Below, in pieces: positions 62,931 to 64,000 of a DNA stretch of 64,000 bases. The stretch lies in NCBI RefSeq assembly GCF_009914755.1, contig NC_060927.1; one strand, written 5' to 3'. Every line of letters begins with the position of its first letter. Position 1 is the stretch's first letter. The notes below the pieces were generated by a model that made no database searches, had not been told where the DNA came from, and was given only the letters and a program-made list of their open reading frames with translations. The translations under genes and the position numbers were made by a program. This stretch comes from the human T2T-CHM13v2.0 reference genome, Homo sapiens.

Positions 62931-64000
62931 CTCCCTGCACTTTTCCCATCCCCCCCCCCCCAAGGTTGTCCCCCTCTCTCCCGATCTCATTTGTATGTCA
63001 TTGTCATTCCAGACCCAATTCAGATGTCCTCCTCTCTGCTGCCTCCCTTATAATACTTTCATATTCTAATGAAATATGAATACACATCATATTCTAAATA
63101 TACTTTATACATCTGTCTCCCCAGTGAGTCTGGAGTTCGGAGGACAAGGGCCATGGCTTCCCCCACATCCCAAGGCCAGCACATGGCCTGCCATGGAGTA
63201 GGTGCTACATGAGCGTGTTGAATTAAAGCCAGTGGAAGGAATAAGGGAGATGGGCCATGAAGAATGAGTGCTGGGAAAGATGTGCAGGAAGGCATTCCAC
63301 ATGGATAAACAGTAGGGCAGAGGCAGGGAGTGTGCTGGGAGACCAGCCCAGAGCTCTGGAGAGCACTGCACAGATGCAGGAGGAAGGCCAGGGGTGAGCA
63401 CCAGGGCACCCGGAGCCCTGGCAGGTTTCATTGAGGACCTAGCCTGACCCAGGCTCTATACTAGGGAAGTGGCCTGGCAGTACATGGAGGAGGGGGCGGC
63501 TGCTATGGGTGTCTGAGCAAGAAGTGAGGCCCAGTGACCAGAAAGAGACTGTGGGTGTGAGGCAGGCGAACTCTGGGATTTGTTGGCTCGTGGGCTATGG
63601 GAAGGGCGCCCATGAGGAAGGAGCCAAAGGCTGAGGCTTGAACCGTGAACAAGGGCTGGGGGCCACCACAGTTCACTGAGGACTTGGTACTTACAAGGGC
63701 TCAGGGAGACCCTAGGCACATGCTGCCTCCTTCAATTTTCACAGAATCCCTGTGGCTAGGACCTGGTACCCTTAGTCTATTGGTGAGGACACTGAAGTCT
63801 AGAAGTTACAGAACTTGCCCACAGCTCAGAGCTGGAGCCACAGCTCCAACCTCAGTGAATCTGGCCCCAAGTCCAGCATGCTCACTGCTGACAGTGGGCA
63901 CCCACAGAAGTGGGCCAGGCCTAAGTGGGGTGGGAGGTGAGTGCAGGGGTGATTCTGGCTCTAAACAGAATCACAGTCTAACAGCCATCTTGTGGAGTAA

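Overview
Primate (very probably human) genomic DNA from EEFSEC, the selenocysteine-specific elongation factor gene, on the + strand. The only supportable coding sequence is one 165-nt internal exon (262-426, phase 0/0; LLTSQISIPTRDPSGPFLMSVDHCFSIKGQGTVMTGTILSGSISLGDSVEIPALK, the start of EF-Tu-like domain II). Everything from 427 to 64000 is one very long intron; the next exon (VVKKVKSMQMF...) is not reached. The intron is a patchwork of old transposons (MLT1/MLT2/MST LTRs, L1M, L2, MIR, MER20/MER58/MER102) plus a few Alus confined to 26-50 kb, interspersed with non-repetitive motif-dense blocks that may be enhancers. I see no new gene or multi-gene system. The long ORFs in the track are chance ORFs or dead L1 ORF2 pieces. 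The most interesting sequence-level observations are a composite inverted+direct templated insertion near 20.3-20.6 kb, a 61-bp fold-back hairpin at an MLT2 end about 1 kb after the exon, several candidate cis-regulatory blocks (12.8-13.3, 14.7-15.1, 54.9-55.2 kb) and two frame-preserving micro-exon-like motifs. Repeat subfamily names and boundaries were assigned by eye and are approximate. All regulatory and splicing calls are hypotheses.
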